Assembly (NCBI RefSeq): GCF_006345805.1
Contig: NC_042997.1
Coordinates: 144,522,001 to 144,586,000, forward strand
Reading direction: 5' to 3'
Origin: Octopus sinensis
Taxonomy: Eukaryota
Length of the DNA stretch: 64,000 bases
In this document: positions 33,700 through 46,177 of the stretch, in pieces
How the letters are laid out: each line of letters begins with the position of its first letter
How positions within the stretch are numbered: the first letter of the stretch is position 1
Position numbers and translations under genes: made by a program
Notes under the pieces: generated by a model
Database searches by the model: none
Told to the model about the DNA's origin: nothing
The model's input: the letters and a program-made list of their open reading frames with translations, nothing else

Positions 33700-34448
33700 A
33701 TCTCTATATATATATATATGCATATATATATAATTTCCAAATTTGTGTGCATGTGTATAGAATAATATATATACATACACACATGCAATCTATGAGTGCC
33801 AATATTTGCCTGTTTGTCTTCATACAATGGAACCATTCTCTCAATGTATATTTTCAAAAATTTGCTCACAAAATATGAAATCATCATTATCATCATCATT
33901 ATTTAACGTCTGCTTTCCATGCTGGCATGGGTTGGACAGTTTGACAGAAGCTGACCAACTGAAGGTCTGTTCAGGTTCCATATCTGTTTTCATGTGGTTT
34001 CTAAGAGTATGCTGGGTGCTTTTATGCAACACCGGTCTGGGTACTTTTTACATGGCAGCAGCACATTCTGAAATAATGCAAGAATGAAAAAATTCCAAGG
34101 GTGAAACAATGAGTGTTGTAAAAAAGAGATTACGACTGATTGGTGCCACATAAAGAGCACCCATATTGGTGCCATGTAAAATGCTGCCATGTCAGCGCCT
34201 TATAAAAACCACCAGTGCTGGTGCCATGTAAAAAGTACCTGTGCTGGTGCCACATAAAAAAGCACCTGTGCTGGTGCCATGTAAAAAGCAGCTTTACCAA
34301 TTCCACTTAGAAAAAATAAGCACCCAGTACACTCTGTAAAGTGCTTGCATTAAGGAAGGTGTTTCCAGCTGTAGAAACCATGCTGAAACAGACAGATGGA
34401 GCCCAGTGCAGCTCTCTGGCTGGCCAGCTCCTGTGAAACCAACATTTA

Positions 34449-34858
34449 GGCACAGGAGTGGCTGTGTGGTAAGTAGCTTGCTTACCAATCACATGGTTCT
34501 GGGTTCAGTCCCACTGCGTGGTACCTTGGGCAAGTGTCTTCTACTATAGCTTCGGGCTGACCAAAGTCTTGTGAGTGGATTTGGTAGATGGAAATTTAAA
34601 GAAGCCCATCGTGTATATGTGTATATATATATATGTATGTGTGTGTGTATGTTTGTGTGTCTGTGTTTGTCCCCCCAATGTTGCTTGACAACTGATGCTG
34701 GTGTGTTTACATCCCTGTAACTTAGTGGTTCTGCAAAAGAGACTGATAGAATAAGTACTAGGCTTACAAAGAATAAGTCCTGGGGTCGATTTGCTTGACT
34801 AAAGGTGGTGCTCCAGCATGGCCACAGTCAAATGACTGAAAAGAGTAAAAGAGTAAGT
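34449..34858 (+). mobile_element. CORE SINE family B, full length
   Basis: Head GGCACAGGAGTGGCTGTGTGG to tail CAGTCAAATGACTGAAAAGAGTAAAAGAG. Confidence 0.9.
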
Positions 34859-34864
34859 GAGGAG

Positions 34865-35650
34865 AACTCAGTGACAGAGTGCATTGTTGTTGTGAAAAAT
34901 CCAATTCTTCATGCTCCAAATTCTTCGGTCATGCGCCACTATGACCGAACATCCTCTCTCAAATGTTCCAAAATGCCATCGATTAATCCTCTGACAATCA
35001 TCAAGTACAAGCTGATGAATTTTCTTCACATTTCCAGGGATGAAGCTTGTGGCAGGTCTTCCAGATCACTCATCATCTTCTAGGGACGTTCTTCTGCTTT
35101 TCGAAGCACCAGTGCCACTTGAAACATTGCATACAACACATTGTCTCATCACCATAAGCTGCTGTTCAAGAATTTGGACCTGGAGATCTCCATTTCCAGC
35201 GACTTTGAGGGTCACCTCCCAGTGGTGTCAGGCGTCAACGAAGAGCCCTCGACTACAACAAGACAACCAAAGTTTTTTTTTCCAAGGTCTGGGGTCTCCT
35301 GCCCATAAGCCCTAGACCATCACCTAATCACCCTTACCCGTCTTGTTGCTTAACAACAACAACAACAATCACCATAAGCTTGCCAAAGTATGCTCAATGT
35401 CTGTGTAGCAGACTTCCCAAGTTTAACACAGAATTTCATGTTGGCTCTTCATTCCAACTTCCTGTCCATGACAAAATCACAGACTGTAACATACATGTGA
35501 TCACAAAAATGCAAATTTCACAACTTGCTAAGTAAACACAGTGATGTCACTTGGCAAACTGCCTCATGAAGGTCACTGTGCACACAATTGTATGCTGTCA
35601 TCTGTTGGCACGCTAAAGAACTAGCTTGGGAACTTTTTGATACCACCTCT
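34865..35650 (-). mobile_element. Mariner 5' portion (TIR plus transposase N-terminus), interrupted
   Basis: Minus-strand GAGGTGGTATCAAAAAGTTCCC TIR; MDRKLE*RANMKFCVKLGKSATQTLSILWQAYGD, then ...RTSLEDDE*SGRPATS. Confidence 0.8.
35161..35367 (+). mobile_element. 5'-truncated retroposon with an (AAC)n tail, inserted in the mariner
   Basis: Perfect 13-bp TSD ATCACCATAAGCT (35148-35160 / 35368-35380). Confidence 0.8.
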
Positions 35651-35684
35651 CATAAAATATTCAAATAATATGCTCTATGAATTG

Positions 35685-35992
35685 TGGAGGCACATGGCCT
35701 AGTGGTTAGAGCAGTGGACTCGTGGTCGAGAGATCGCGGGTTCGAATCTCAGACTGGGTGATGTGTGTGTTAATGAGCAAAACACCTAAGCTCCACGCGG
35801 CTCCGGCAGAAGGTAATAGCAAACTTCAACTGACACTTTCGCCACAACTTTCTCTCACTCTTTCCTCCTGCATCTTGCAGCTCACTTGCGACGGACCGGC
35901 GTCCCATCCAGGTGGGGAACCTATACACCAAGGAAACAAAAAAACTGGCCCTTATGAGCCAGGCATGGCTCGAGAAGGAACAAACAAACAAA
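35685..35992 (+). mobile_element. tRNA-derived SINE with a V-domain-like segment and an (ACAA)n tail
   Basis: 12-bp TSD CTCTATGAATTG (35673-35684 / 35993-36004); TGGCCTAGTGG and GGTTCGAATC boxes; GCGACGGACCGGCGTCCCATCCAGG. Confidence 0.85.
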
Positions 35993-38128
35993 CTCTATGA
36001 ATTGGATTTTGATACCACCTCGCATAAAATATTCAAGTATTATGCTATATGAATTGGACTCACTCCTACTTTCAAATGACCTAATTTGGTATTACAGGTG
36101 GCCTCGTGCAAGAACAGATATCAACTTTTAACTTGTGGCAGATTTACCATTTGGCTGAGTTTCTTTCATACCTATCTCATAAGAATAAAGAGCCAAGCTT
36201 CAGCACCATAGAAAGACCAAATTCTTCAGCTAGTGTGTGTGCATGTATGTGAGTGAGTATCCATGAATGTTGATATTCAACACTTGTTACCATTTGAGCA
36301 AAACAGGTGATGATGTTGACATGCCTTGTTGACATTATGACAGGTTGCTCAGTGCTTTTAAAGATCTTTGTAGTACAAAATCCCTTACTTGAGAAACATA
36401 CAAGTGTTGGTGAAGAAGAGCATCCAGCTGTAAAATTCTGTCTTAACTCCCTTACCAAACTGTGCCAGCACACAAAGAAGAAAAAAAAGCATGTTGAATG
36501 AATGAATGAGAAACAAAAGCCCTAATTTGCAAGGATTAAGGGCAGGATTAATAGAGAAGGATCATTAAGAAATATTTGACTCCCTTAATCTCTAACTTAA
36601 ACTTCTTATCACATTGAGATAAGTTTGTTGGAATGTTACACTATCAAATTTATGCTGTCCATTATGATTTAATGATTAATAACTTCAAAACTTTCCAAAG
36701 GGATTAAACTGCTGTGATAAAGAAAGTTCCAGATAATAATCATTTGGTCAACATAAAAAATACATATTTTATTAGCTGTTGCAGTTGGCATGCTACCAGA
36801 AGATGCAAAGGGACATAACTGCTTTCTGGTAAAACTGCTCTTATCAAAACACTTAGACTTTGTATGTATGACAATGAATTGTAAAAACTCACTTGACAAA
36901 TAGACAAATATCTATTCCAGTTACAAAAATAAAGCCAACCTCCCAATTATTAATACAGAGAAGACTTAGATCTTATTCTGTTTAACACGGTTAAGTAAAG
37001 TCAAGAAATTAAAATTGATAACAGCTTATCAAAAAAAAAAGAAAAGAAAAAAAAACCTTAGATAATTAATTCTGCATGTAATTAATAGTGAAAAATAGTT
37101 TTTAATTATCTCAATGATTACTCAACAATGAAATAAATATCTTCCCAACTAACCTAATTAGCAATGAAATATCTCCTCAGATAACAAGTAAACAGTCCAT
37201 ATATTAGTAACAACCTGATACAGCATGATTGTAATTTGGCATGGTAGAGAATAGAGAACTATCCAATAGTTACCAAAACTAGGGGAAAGGGAAAGAGGAG
37301 AGAAGGAGAGGAATTATCTCTAATTCTCCTTCTTCTTAAGAAAAAGAGCCAAAAAAAAAAATCCTTCTACTTCAAGAATCAATACATAACCCTCTGAATT
37401 TGTATAATTGATCATTATATTGGTTTCAAATTTTGGCACAAGGCCAGCAGGTTTGGGTGAGTGGCAAAATGAATTAAATTAATTCCAGTGTTCAACTGGA
37501 ACTTATTTTATTGAGTCCAAAAGGATGAAAGGCACCGTCAACCTCCGCAGAATTTAAACTCAGAGCATGATGACAGATGAAATGCCGCTAAGCATTTTGT
37601 CTGGTATTCTAATGATTCTGTCAGGTTGCTGCCTTATACTCAATTATTTTATTAGCAGATAGTTATAGCTAAAGTGATTGTATATTAGATTTTGTATTCT
37701 GTGATTAATATTTTGTCTTTTTTATTTTTTTTTTAACTTGTTGGGTTTGGAGAAAAGAGAAATGCTCATAGCCTTCCCACACTTTCCAAGAACAATGGAA
37801 TTAGTGGATCATAGGAAGTCAACATCTGTGGGATTGATATGCACAAGGTGGGAGTTTCAGAGAGCAACATTCTGGAGAGGAAAGACTGTGTGTGGTGCTT
37901 AGTACAGACTCTGGAGTGTTGGACACAACATGGGTAATGGGACAAGTGGGTGGAAATGCTTCCGTCTACCAAATTCATTCACAAGGCTTTGGCTGTCCTG
38001 GGGCTATAGTAGAAGACATTTAACCTATAGTGCTACACAATGGGATTGAACCCAGAACCATGTGGTTGGGAGGCAAACTTCTTACCACACAGCCACACTT
38101 GTGCCTATATTAGTAAATAATTATAAAA

Positions 38129-38305
38129 TTCTTCTTCTTCTTCTAGTCGTTATAACTGATGGACCAGGAATTTCTACCTCCAATGAGTTTTGATATGTTT
38201 TCAATTTCATGTTTATGTGTCCCTGCCAATAGCATCAAGAAAGTTGAATGGTCTTTGTCCTTTGCTAGAGTGCGGAAGTCTCCAGAATATAGTATCTGTT
38301 ATGGC
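38129..38305 (-). pseudogene. RTE-type LINE 3' end with a (GAA)n tail
   Basis: Minus strand ILWRLPHSSKGQRPFNFLDAIGRDT resembles the RTE LW.P.HGKR..GRP...Y.D....DT motif, followed by GAAGAAGAAG. Confidence 0.5.
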
Positions 38306-38474
38306 CAGCAGTGGCTTGCAGAGCCTAACCTTTGTTAAACAACAATAGAAGATAGTAATCAGAATGTGTCATTCAATCTGCTTTTTGGTCTTCTGCTCAT
38401 TCCATGAGATGTTTTAAGCTCTCATGAATTCACAATTGTAAAATAACATTAAAAAATGACCATTACAATAGTGG

Positions 38475-38528
<54 letters not shown>

Positions 38529-39204
38529 AAGAGAAGAACTTGTGGGCTATCCTATTAATTATACAAAATGAAAAGTTGAGGTTTAATAATTAAAGTGAAT
38601 AATTACATATCTAAATTTCCTACAGGAGTTATTATGCAAATAATTTAAATTTTCCATGCTATTAGCATGATCTTTCATGTATTGAATATCTGAAGATGAT
38701 CAGGGAATAGGGTGATCAAAATTTAAAATTAAACATAAAAACACAAAAAAGAAAACAGTGATTAATAATTTGGAAATTTTAAATTATTTCGAAGAGAACA
38801 AGTTGGACTGAAAAATTTAGTTGGATCTGATAAGAAATATATTGTTTTTACAGTAAATATGGCAAACACATTTTCAATTTCACAGTTTTTATAATTATAA
38901 CTGAGGGTGGTTGTACTTTGAAGATCAAATTAACTAATGAGAAAATACAGCTAATACAAGTTAGTGGGATTTTTCAGGAGAGTGAAGGGACAAATTTAGA
39001 TGATATTCAGATAATTTTCTTCTTTATAAATTTCCTTTTCTCTGACAGACAGACAGACACACACACACAAAAGAAAAAACAAAGCTAAAGGAAAGCCTGT
39101 GCTACACTGCACGTCCATGCATATTATAAAACACACATATTTATATGGAAAGACTTTTAGACAATACATCGGGTTGGTCATAGACAACTCACTTATAAAG
39201 AGTG

Positions 39205-39515
39205 GGTGTTATATAATAATGTTGGACTTACAATCATGAGGTAGTGAGTTCAATTTCTGGCCTAGGCTATGTGTTCTTTTCTTGAGCAAGCTACTTTATT
39301 TCATGTTGCTCCAGTTCACTCAGCTAGGAATGAGTTATGATGCCACTGGTGTCAAGCTGTATCAGCCTTTGCCTTTCCCTTGCATAACATCAGTGGTGTG
39401 GAGGAGGAAGACAGGTATGCATTGGTGGCTGCTGGTCTTCCATAAACAACCTTGCCCACACTTGTTCCTGAGAGGGGAACTTTCTAGGTGCAATCCCGAG
39501 GTCATTTACCTTTAC
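39205..39515 (+). mobile_element. tRNA/CORE SINE family G
   Basis: Aligns with 27372-27692. Confidence 0.75.
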
Positions 39516-39956
39516 CCTTTTTTTTATATAATACTGTGAGTATTAAAAAAAAATTTAAACAATGTGTTTTCTAATGACAGTTACTTCTGATATGAACCTA
39601 CGAAGGAGGTACCTGAAAAAATCTACCTCAACAACTTTCACAGGAAAAGTGGGCAGAGAAAATGGATGGATGGCTTTTATACACAACGAGCCTTTATAGA
39701 GGATTGACCTTATATAACACATTTATAGAAAGCATGTCCTTCTCCCTAATGTTTGAAGTCTATGAAAAATAGGCTTCATGATATGGAATTTCACATGATA
39801 GATAGGTTTAAATGGTCACTATTGTACTGTAATTTTTAACTGATGTGAATGTGTCCAGTGGCAGAAGGAATTTAGAAAAATGGATGCAGGAAAAATTACA
39901 ATTGCTTGTTAAGTAAACTACCTATTGAGCTTATTTTTGGTATAGTCTGCCTTTAA

Positions 39957-40176
39957 CCCTTTCGTTACCAACCCGGCTGAAACTGGCTCTGGCTCTGAGT
40001 ACAAATGTCTTGTTTACATAAGTTTTGAATTAAAATCTTCCAACAAACCTCAGTCACAATTTATGTTCCTAAGACTAGTTGAATGATAACTACGTTATTT
40101 TACTAAATTCTTTATTATATTTAAAATAATTGAAAGAAACTCAGAACATCTCAAAATAAATACAATAATGAAAGGG
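39957..40176. mobile_element. piggyBac-type MITE family P1
   Basis: TTAA|CCCTTTCGTTAC...AATGAAAGGG|TTAA. Confidence 0.9.
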
Positions 40177-40530
40177 TTAAACTAGTGCCCTATGAGCGAG
40201 CATGCGCTGTGTGCAAACAAACCAACTATACACATGTATGAAACATGTAACAGTAATTTTTCCTGTGTCCATTTTTCTGCACACTATGCATTAATGGGTT
40301 AAAAGAGTAGAGGCTGAAATATAGATTCTGTTGCTACTATCACTGCTGCTGTCAATGCCACTACCATCCTCATAGATGTCTATTTTCCCACAAGATTGAT
40401 GAGCTACATGAGACTGTTGTATGGCATATTGTCACTCATTTCAATCATTTGTTATGTTTGTCATCTTATCCTCAAGTGTCAAACATTTTGAGATTTGATG
40501 TCTGCACTTCTCTCCATAGTTTTTCCTTAA

Positions 40531-40731
40531 CCCTTTTGATACCAACCCAGCTGAAACCGGCTCTAGCTCTGTGGTACAAATGTCTTGTTTTCAAAAGTTC
40601 TGACTTCACCAAACCTTAGTCACGATTTATGTTCCTAACACTAACTAAGTTATTTTGCTAAATTCTTTGTTATATTAAAAATAATGGAAAGAAACACAGA
40701 GCATCTCAAAATAAATACAGTTACAAAAGGG
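40531..40731. mobile_element. piggyBac-type MITE family P1
   Basis: TTAA|CCCTTTTGATAC...ACAAAAGGG|TTAA. Confidence 0.88.
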
Positions 40732-42146
40732 TTAACATTCTTCTAATGTAAGTAATTTTCCTCTTGAAGCACATGGTACTTCTGCATATATCACTCAACA
40801 TTTATTTGATCCACATGTCCGTACATGCTGCATAGCCACCTCTTCTGCAACACACATAAGAGAATGAAACAAATCTTTCCCTAGCCAGGTCACCAGTCTA
40901 TCACAAGTAATATTCCCAGCTGATCTACTGCCTATTCTGAACCACAAACTAAACTAAGGCATGTACAAACCAATCAAATGAGCATTTGATTGAATAGAAA
41001 TAACAGTCATATCTAACTTTAAATCACATACAAAAACAAACAACGACAAAAAACAATGGCCAAATAATATTTCTCTACAATCATCACCATCATCATCTAA
41101 TGTTTGTTTTCCATGCTGACATGAGTTTGATGATTCAATAGGAACTGATGAACTAGAGCTGTACCAAGCTCCAATGTCTGCTTTGGTATAGTTTCTATGG
41201 CTAGATTCCCTTTTCTAACACCAACCATTTTCAGAGTGAGCTGGATCCCTTTTTTTTTATTTTTCATGGCACTGGTACTAGTGAGGACACAAAATAACTT
41301 ACAAGGCAAGACTCCTTGGTTGAGAGGGGGTGTATTATGGAGGGAGGTGAAAATATGATAAAAGGACAGGAACAGGTATCTTGCTGAAAAGGAGATACAT
41401 GATTTCCCCCAAGGAACAGGTCCTTTGCTGAAGAGGAAATGGCTTCCCCTCCTTTGCTGAAGGGGAAATGGCTTCCCCTCCAGAGAGAGAGAGAGAGAGA
41501 TAGATGGTGAGAGTGTACCCACAAGGTGACAAGAGAAAATGGGGTTTGAGCATCAGAAAGGGTAAGTAGGAAAGTTAGAGAGAGTGTAAAAAGAGTGTCA
41601 CAAAAGGGTAGAGATAAGGGATAGAGGTGGACGTAGTGAATGAGGGCCCACAAGAGAGAAGGTGCATGGTCAATGGTGTATATCAGTCTGAAGAAAAATA
41701 TAATAAAAGAAAGGAAAAAGAATAAAAATGCTTAGAGTATTATGGTCAAAATACCTTTCATCACTTTGTTCATGGGGTGCTTAATGAGGGCTGACCTGGG
41801 GTTAAACAATGACAATACAATAAGAGAAATATGAGGATGTGTGTAGTATATAAGCCCAGGCAAGACAGATCAAATCTCTCTACAGTAATTTTGAACATAA
41901 AAAAAACTATGAGACAGATAGTTGGGTAATGTGACACTTCTTCCATTCTGCCATTTTAAATATACAACAACAACAGTAACAACTATTATATCCAACAATA
42001 TTAAATTATGATGCTGAGGGTATCAATTTTTATGGTAACCACAATGATGATGATAATGATGGAAATGGTGATGCTGTATAGAAATTTTCTACACACAAAT
42101 ATCAATTAATGGCCTCACTACTTTCAATATTCTTTCATAAATATAA

Positions 42147-42181
<35 letters not shown>

Positions 42182-42451
42182 ATATATACATATAATATAA
42201 AGATGTTACACTCACCAACATAGTTCACAGTAAATCCTTATATAAGAATGATATATGTGTGAGTATGTAAGTATGCAAATCTTTATGCATGTGTGTGTGT
42301 GTGTGTAGTCTTGTGAAGACCAGAAAGGAAATACACCTGAGTAGTGGCTCAGACAGGATCAGATTTGAATTAATTATGTTATTCCACTCTACCTAAGAGT
42401 ATTGAGTTCTTTCTCTTAACTGAAATTCACACCAGTGCAAACACCATAATT

Positions 42452-42522
<71 letters not shown>

Positions 42523-42826
42523 TTCAGGTGTTTTAGTTAAGGAGTTTTAAAACAGTCAGCTAAGAGGTAATGAACCTATGTTTATGTGTTGAACATGTGT
42601 GAGTGTTAATGGTATGGATAAATGGGTTTGTTTATGTATGTATTATATTTGTTACACCCTTTGTGAAAGAAGCTAAATGTTGTCAGTTCTACTCCAAGGT
42701 AACAGAGTCAGTAAATCCAAAAGACAGCACAGAAACAGGTAGGTTAACAAACAATGTCAGCTAAGTGAGTACTTAAACCAAAGTCCTACCTGGCTGATAG
42801 CACAAATACACACACACACACACACA

Positions 42827-42880
<54 letters not shown>

Positions 42881-43244
42881 TTCATACACATTGCTGTGTA
42901 TTAGCAGGAGTGCAAGAAGGAGGACTTTGCTCATAGTGCTATCAGAATGAAGTACAATACATATATATACACACTCATAAACACACCCCATACATACAAA
43001 CACATATATATCAATTAATGAATGACAAAAAGAACAGGAGTTATATAATCACTTTCAGTAGCCTACAGCCGTTTCCACTATAAGAAACAGTACACTCAGT
43101 GTTGAGTGCTTGTGCAACATCCGATAGCTTCGTCAGAGCCATTAAACTGAAGTGAAGTGTGTATATATATAAAAATATATATATAGAGAGAGAGAGGAAG
43201 AAAGAGAGAGAGAGAGAGAGAGAATGAGAAATAAATGCCTGGTA

Positions 43245-43590
43245 CTTATTGTATCAGTTTCTTTTGCTGAACTGCTAAGTTATGGGAATGTAAGCAAACC
43301 AACATCAACTGTCAAGTAGTGAGTAAGTTGGGACAACCACACACACACAACATATCAGTCTCTTTTGCTAAACTGCTAAGTTACGTAAACGTAAACACTG
43401 GTTATTAAGCAGTGATGGTGGGACAACCACTGACACAAATATACACACACACACACACACATATACAATGGGCTTCTTTCAGTTTCTGTCAACCATATCT
43501 ACTCATGAGGATTTGGTCAGCCTGAGGCTATAGTAGAAGACACTTGCCCAAGGTACCATGCAGTGAGACTGAACCCAGAACCATGTGGTT
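43245..43590 (-). mobile_element. CORE SINE family B, degenerate
   Basis: GGGCTTCTTTCAGTTTC...AGAAGACACTTGCCCAAGG...GAACCATGTGG. Confidence 0.7.
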
Positions 43591-43621
43591 AGATTATTTT
43601 AAAACTAGAAGTTTGGATTAA

Positions 43622-43840
43622 CCTTTTAGTATTCAGACTAGCCATATCAAACTCAAATATTCTACCTGTTTTACGTTCAAACTGGCCAGATCAGGCCTCT
43701 CACACTAATCCTACAATGTCATTCTAAAAATAAGCAATCACAACATCGAAATCTCAAAACTATAAGATAATGCACGATTAAGTAAAGACATATAAATAAA
43801 TGAGCATTACTTTTGATAGAATAATATGAATGTTAAAGGA
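43622..43840. mobile_element. piggyBac-type MITE family P2 (degenerate)
   Basis: TTAACCTTTTAG start; body GTTCAAACTGGCCAGAT...GTCATTCTAAAAATAAGCAATCAC is shared with 60196-60632; a right-end fragment also lies near 1480-1557. Confidence 0.65.
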
Positions 43841-45107
43841 TCAAAGAACCAAGGACAGTCTAAGACTGGTTGGAAATCATAGGGGTCTCACAAAATTATT
43901 TTAAAAAGTGAAAAGATGTGTTTTATTTGAATGCAATTTTTCTTTTTTAGGCTTTCTAAGTTTTAAATAAAAATGACTGTCTTTAAAATAATAAAACAAT
44001 GTTTATCTTGCTATTGTTTTTGGCTTTCTATTCTTGATCAAATTACCATAATACAATGCTTCTAGATATCATATATTACATTTACATGAAACCAGATGAT
44101 TTGAGCTAATTTAATTATTTATTCTAATCAAGTGACAGCAGTTAAAATTTATGGAAGAAAAGAAAAAAAAATGAAACTGATTTAGAAGCGAAAATTTTTA
44201 ACCAACAGGCAGTTGCCATGAACATCAGAAAATGCAAACTCATCTGATTAGTAGAAAATTTGGGAAAATGATGCTGTTCTATTGAATTTTGAAGATTTTT
44301 GGTCAACCTTTAAGCCATGACAAAGATGGTTGATTTTGTAAATTATTCAGTTTTTGAAAAAGAATTTTGAAGGTAAAAAAAAATTGGAGGGGACAATAAA
44401 TAAAATAACTGTTTCTCATTTTAAATAATGAAAATCAGATGAGTCAGTACTTAAACCTAGCCCTAGTGGCTGATAATACAAAAACTCACACACACAAACA
44501 TATATACAGCATACATATAAATACACATCTATACACGTTACAGGGTATTAGCAAGAGTGTAAGAAACCTGTGCATCATCCTTAATGTAGATCCATTGTGA
44601 AAAGGAAATTTACTGCAGTATTCATCCAGAGATAATATCTTTTACGGACGTGCTGTGTTCAAAAACACAATATATATCAGGGGTAGACGAAAATTGCCCT
44701 AAAAATAGTTTGTGAGAATGGTGGCTGTACAGTTCTTCATCATTGGGCATTGTCAGTGGCATGTACTTACAACCAATGACATACCATGATGAAATTTGTT
44801 TTTCCCATATAAATAAACAGTGAATGGATATTCACTGCTGTTGCTAATAACTGCCTATGAGGGATCACTTAATACAAATAAGTATATGAATTAATTTTTT
44901 TTTAAAGGAAAAAGCTGACAGTAACTTCAAAATCTTGCCATGTGTTAGCTTCATCAAAATGAGGAAACCAGCATAAAAAAAAACTTCACGTTAACTGTCA
45001 GCTTTTTCCTAGCAGAAAATGTGATGATCTACTTTAAGTAATGTATTGAGTGATCCTTCAGTTCATATTTGACCTCTGTTTAGGTATGACTATAAAAAAA
45101 CACAATG

Positions 45108-45138
<31 letters not shown>

Positions 45139-45867
45139 AGGGGAGAAAGAGGGGAGGGAGAGAGATCATTCTTTTGCTCATTTGATGTCAACTTTTCTAT
45201 ATTTGCATGGGTTTGCTGAATTATATTATTTGTGGTGTTGTCATACAATGGGGTGCCCTTCCTGACACCAACCCTTACCTATTTTTCAAGTAAGGGATCA
45301 CTTATTCCACATGGCTTTGAAGACACAAAGTGCCCTGACAAGTTGTCAGCAGGAGAAACTAACACCACTGCCTGCTGCACTTACAAGTGACTGCAGATGT
45401 AAACAAACAGATACATAAGCATCTTCACATACATACAATCATACATTTCTAAGAATGTATGTATATGTACATATGTATGTACAGGCATGCATATCATCAT
45501 ATGTTGTTCATTTTCTATGCTGGCACAAGGTGGATGGTTTAACAGGAGCTGGGAAGCTGTAGAGCTACATCAGGCTCTGATTGTTTTGGTATGATTTCTA
45601 TAGTTGAATGCCTGTCCATTTTGCAGAGTGTACTGGGCACCTTTTACATGCTATTGACAAGCTAAATTTAAAATTTGAGAACTTTAATATGAATATTTAA
45701 CATTTTGTATCATAAAACTAGATGTGGTCCCTGGTGGATTGTGCCTTTAAAGGCTAAATTGTGGACGCAAATGCAAAAGACTTTTAAGAAACATGTGGTG
45801 CAATAAAGGAGTGTCCCTATACTTGCTTGACCTGTGAGAAATACCAGTAAAATTTGATAGGCTAAAT

Positions 45868-46177
45868 CAGTGGTTCTGAAAGTGGGTGGTATTGCCTCTC
45901 TGGGGGTGGTGGAAAGTTCCAAGGGGACGCTGAAGAAAAGTGGAGCAATAATGGGGTAGTGGTTCATGTAAAAAGTGGAGTGATAATGGGGTAGCGATTC
46001 ATGTAAAAACAACAAAATAGTGGGTTCATTAGGTTAAGTTTTCTTTGTGAAATACAGTTGCTTTGAATTTGCTTCAGAAAGAGGTCTATGTCTGTGATGG
46101 TTAGTTGGGGTGGGGGCACTAGGAATGAAGCCTGGGTGTCAAGGGAACGGCAGCCCAATAAAACTTGGGAACCACTG
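45868..46177. mobile_element. hAT-type MITE
   Basis: CAGTGGTT / AACCACTG; TSD GGCTAAAT / GGCTAAGT; a related left-end fragment at about 24240-24350. Confidence 0.85.

Noticed and set aside
35685-35760. tRNA gene (also at 5383 and 27372)
   Set aside because: The A/B boxes belong to SINE heads; no complete cloverleaf, and a SINE body and tail follow.
41420-41480. Tandem GGAAATGGCTTCCCCTCC hairpin units
   Set aside because: Two-copy duplication inside degenerate repeat DNA; too short to support a function.
44764-44800. Minus-strand GTAAGT donor with a nearby ATG as an alternative first exon
   Set aside because: Phase 2, incompatible with the phase 0 acceptor at 10899; no supporting promoter signal.
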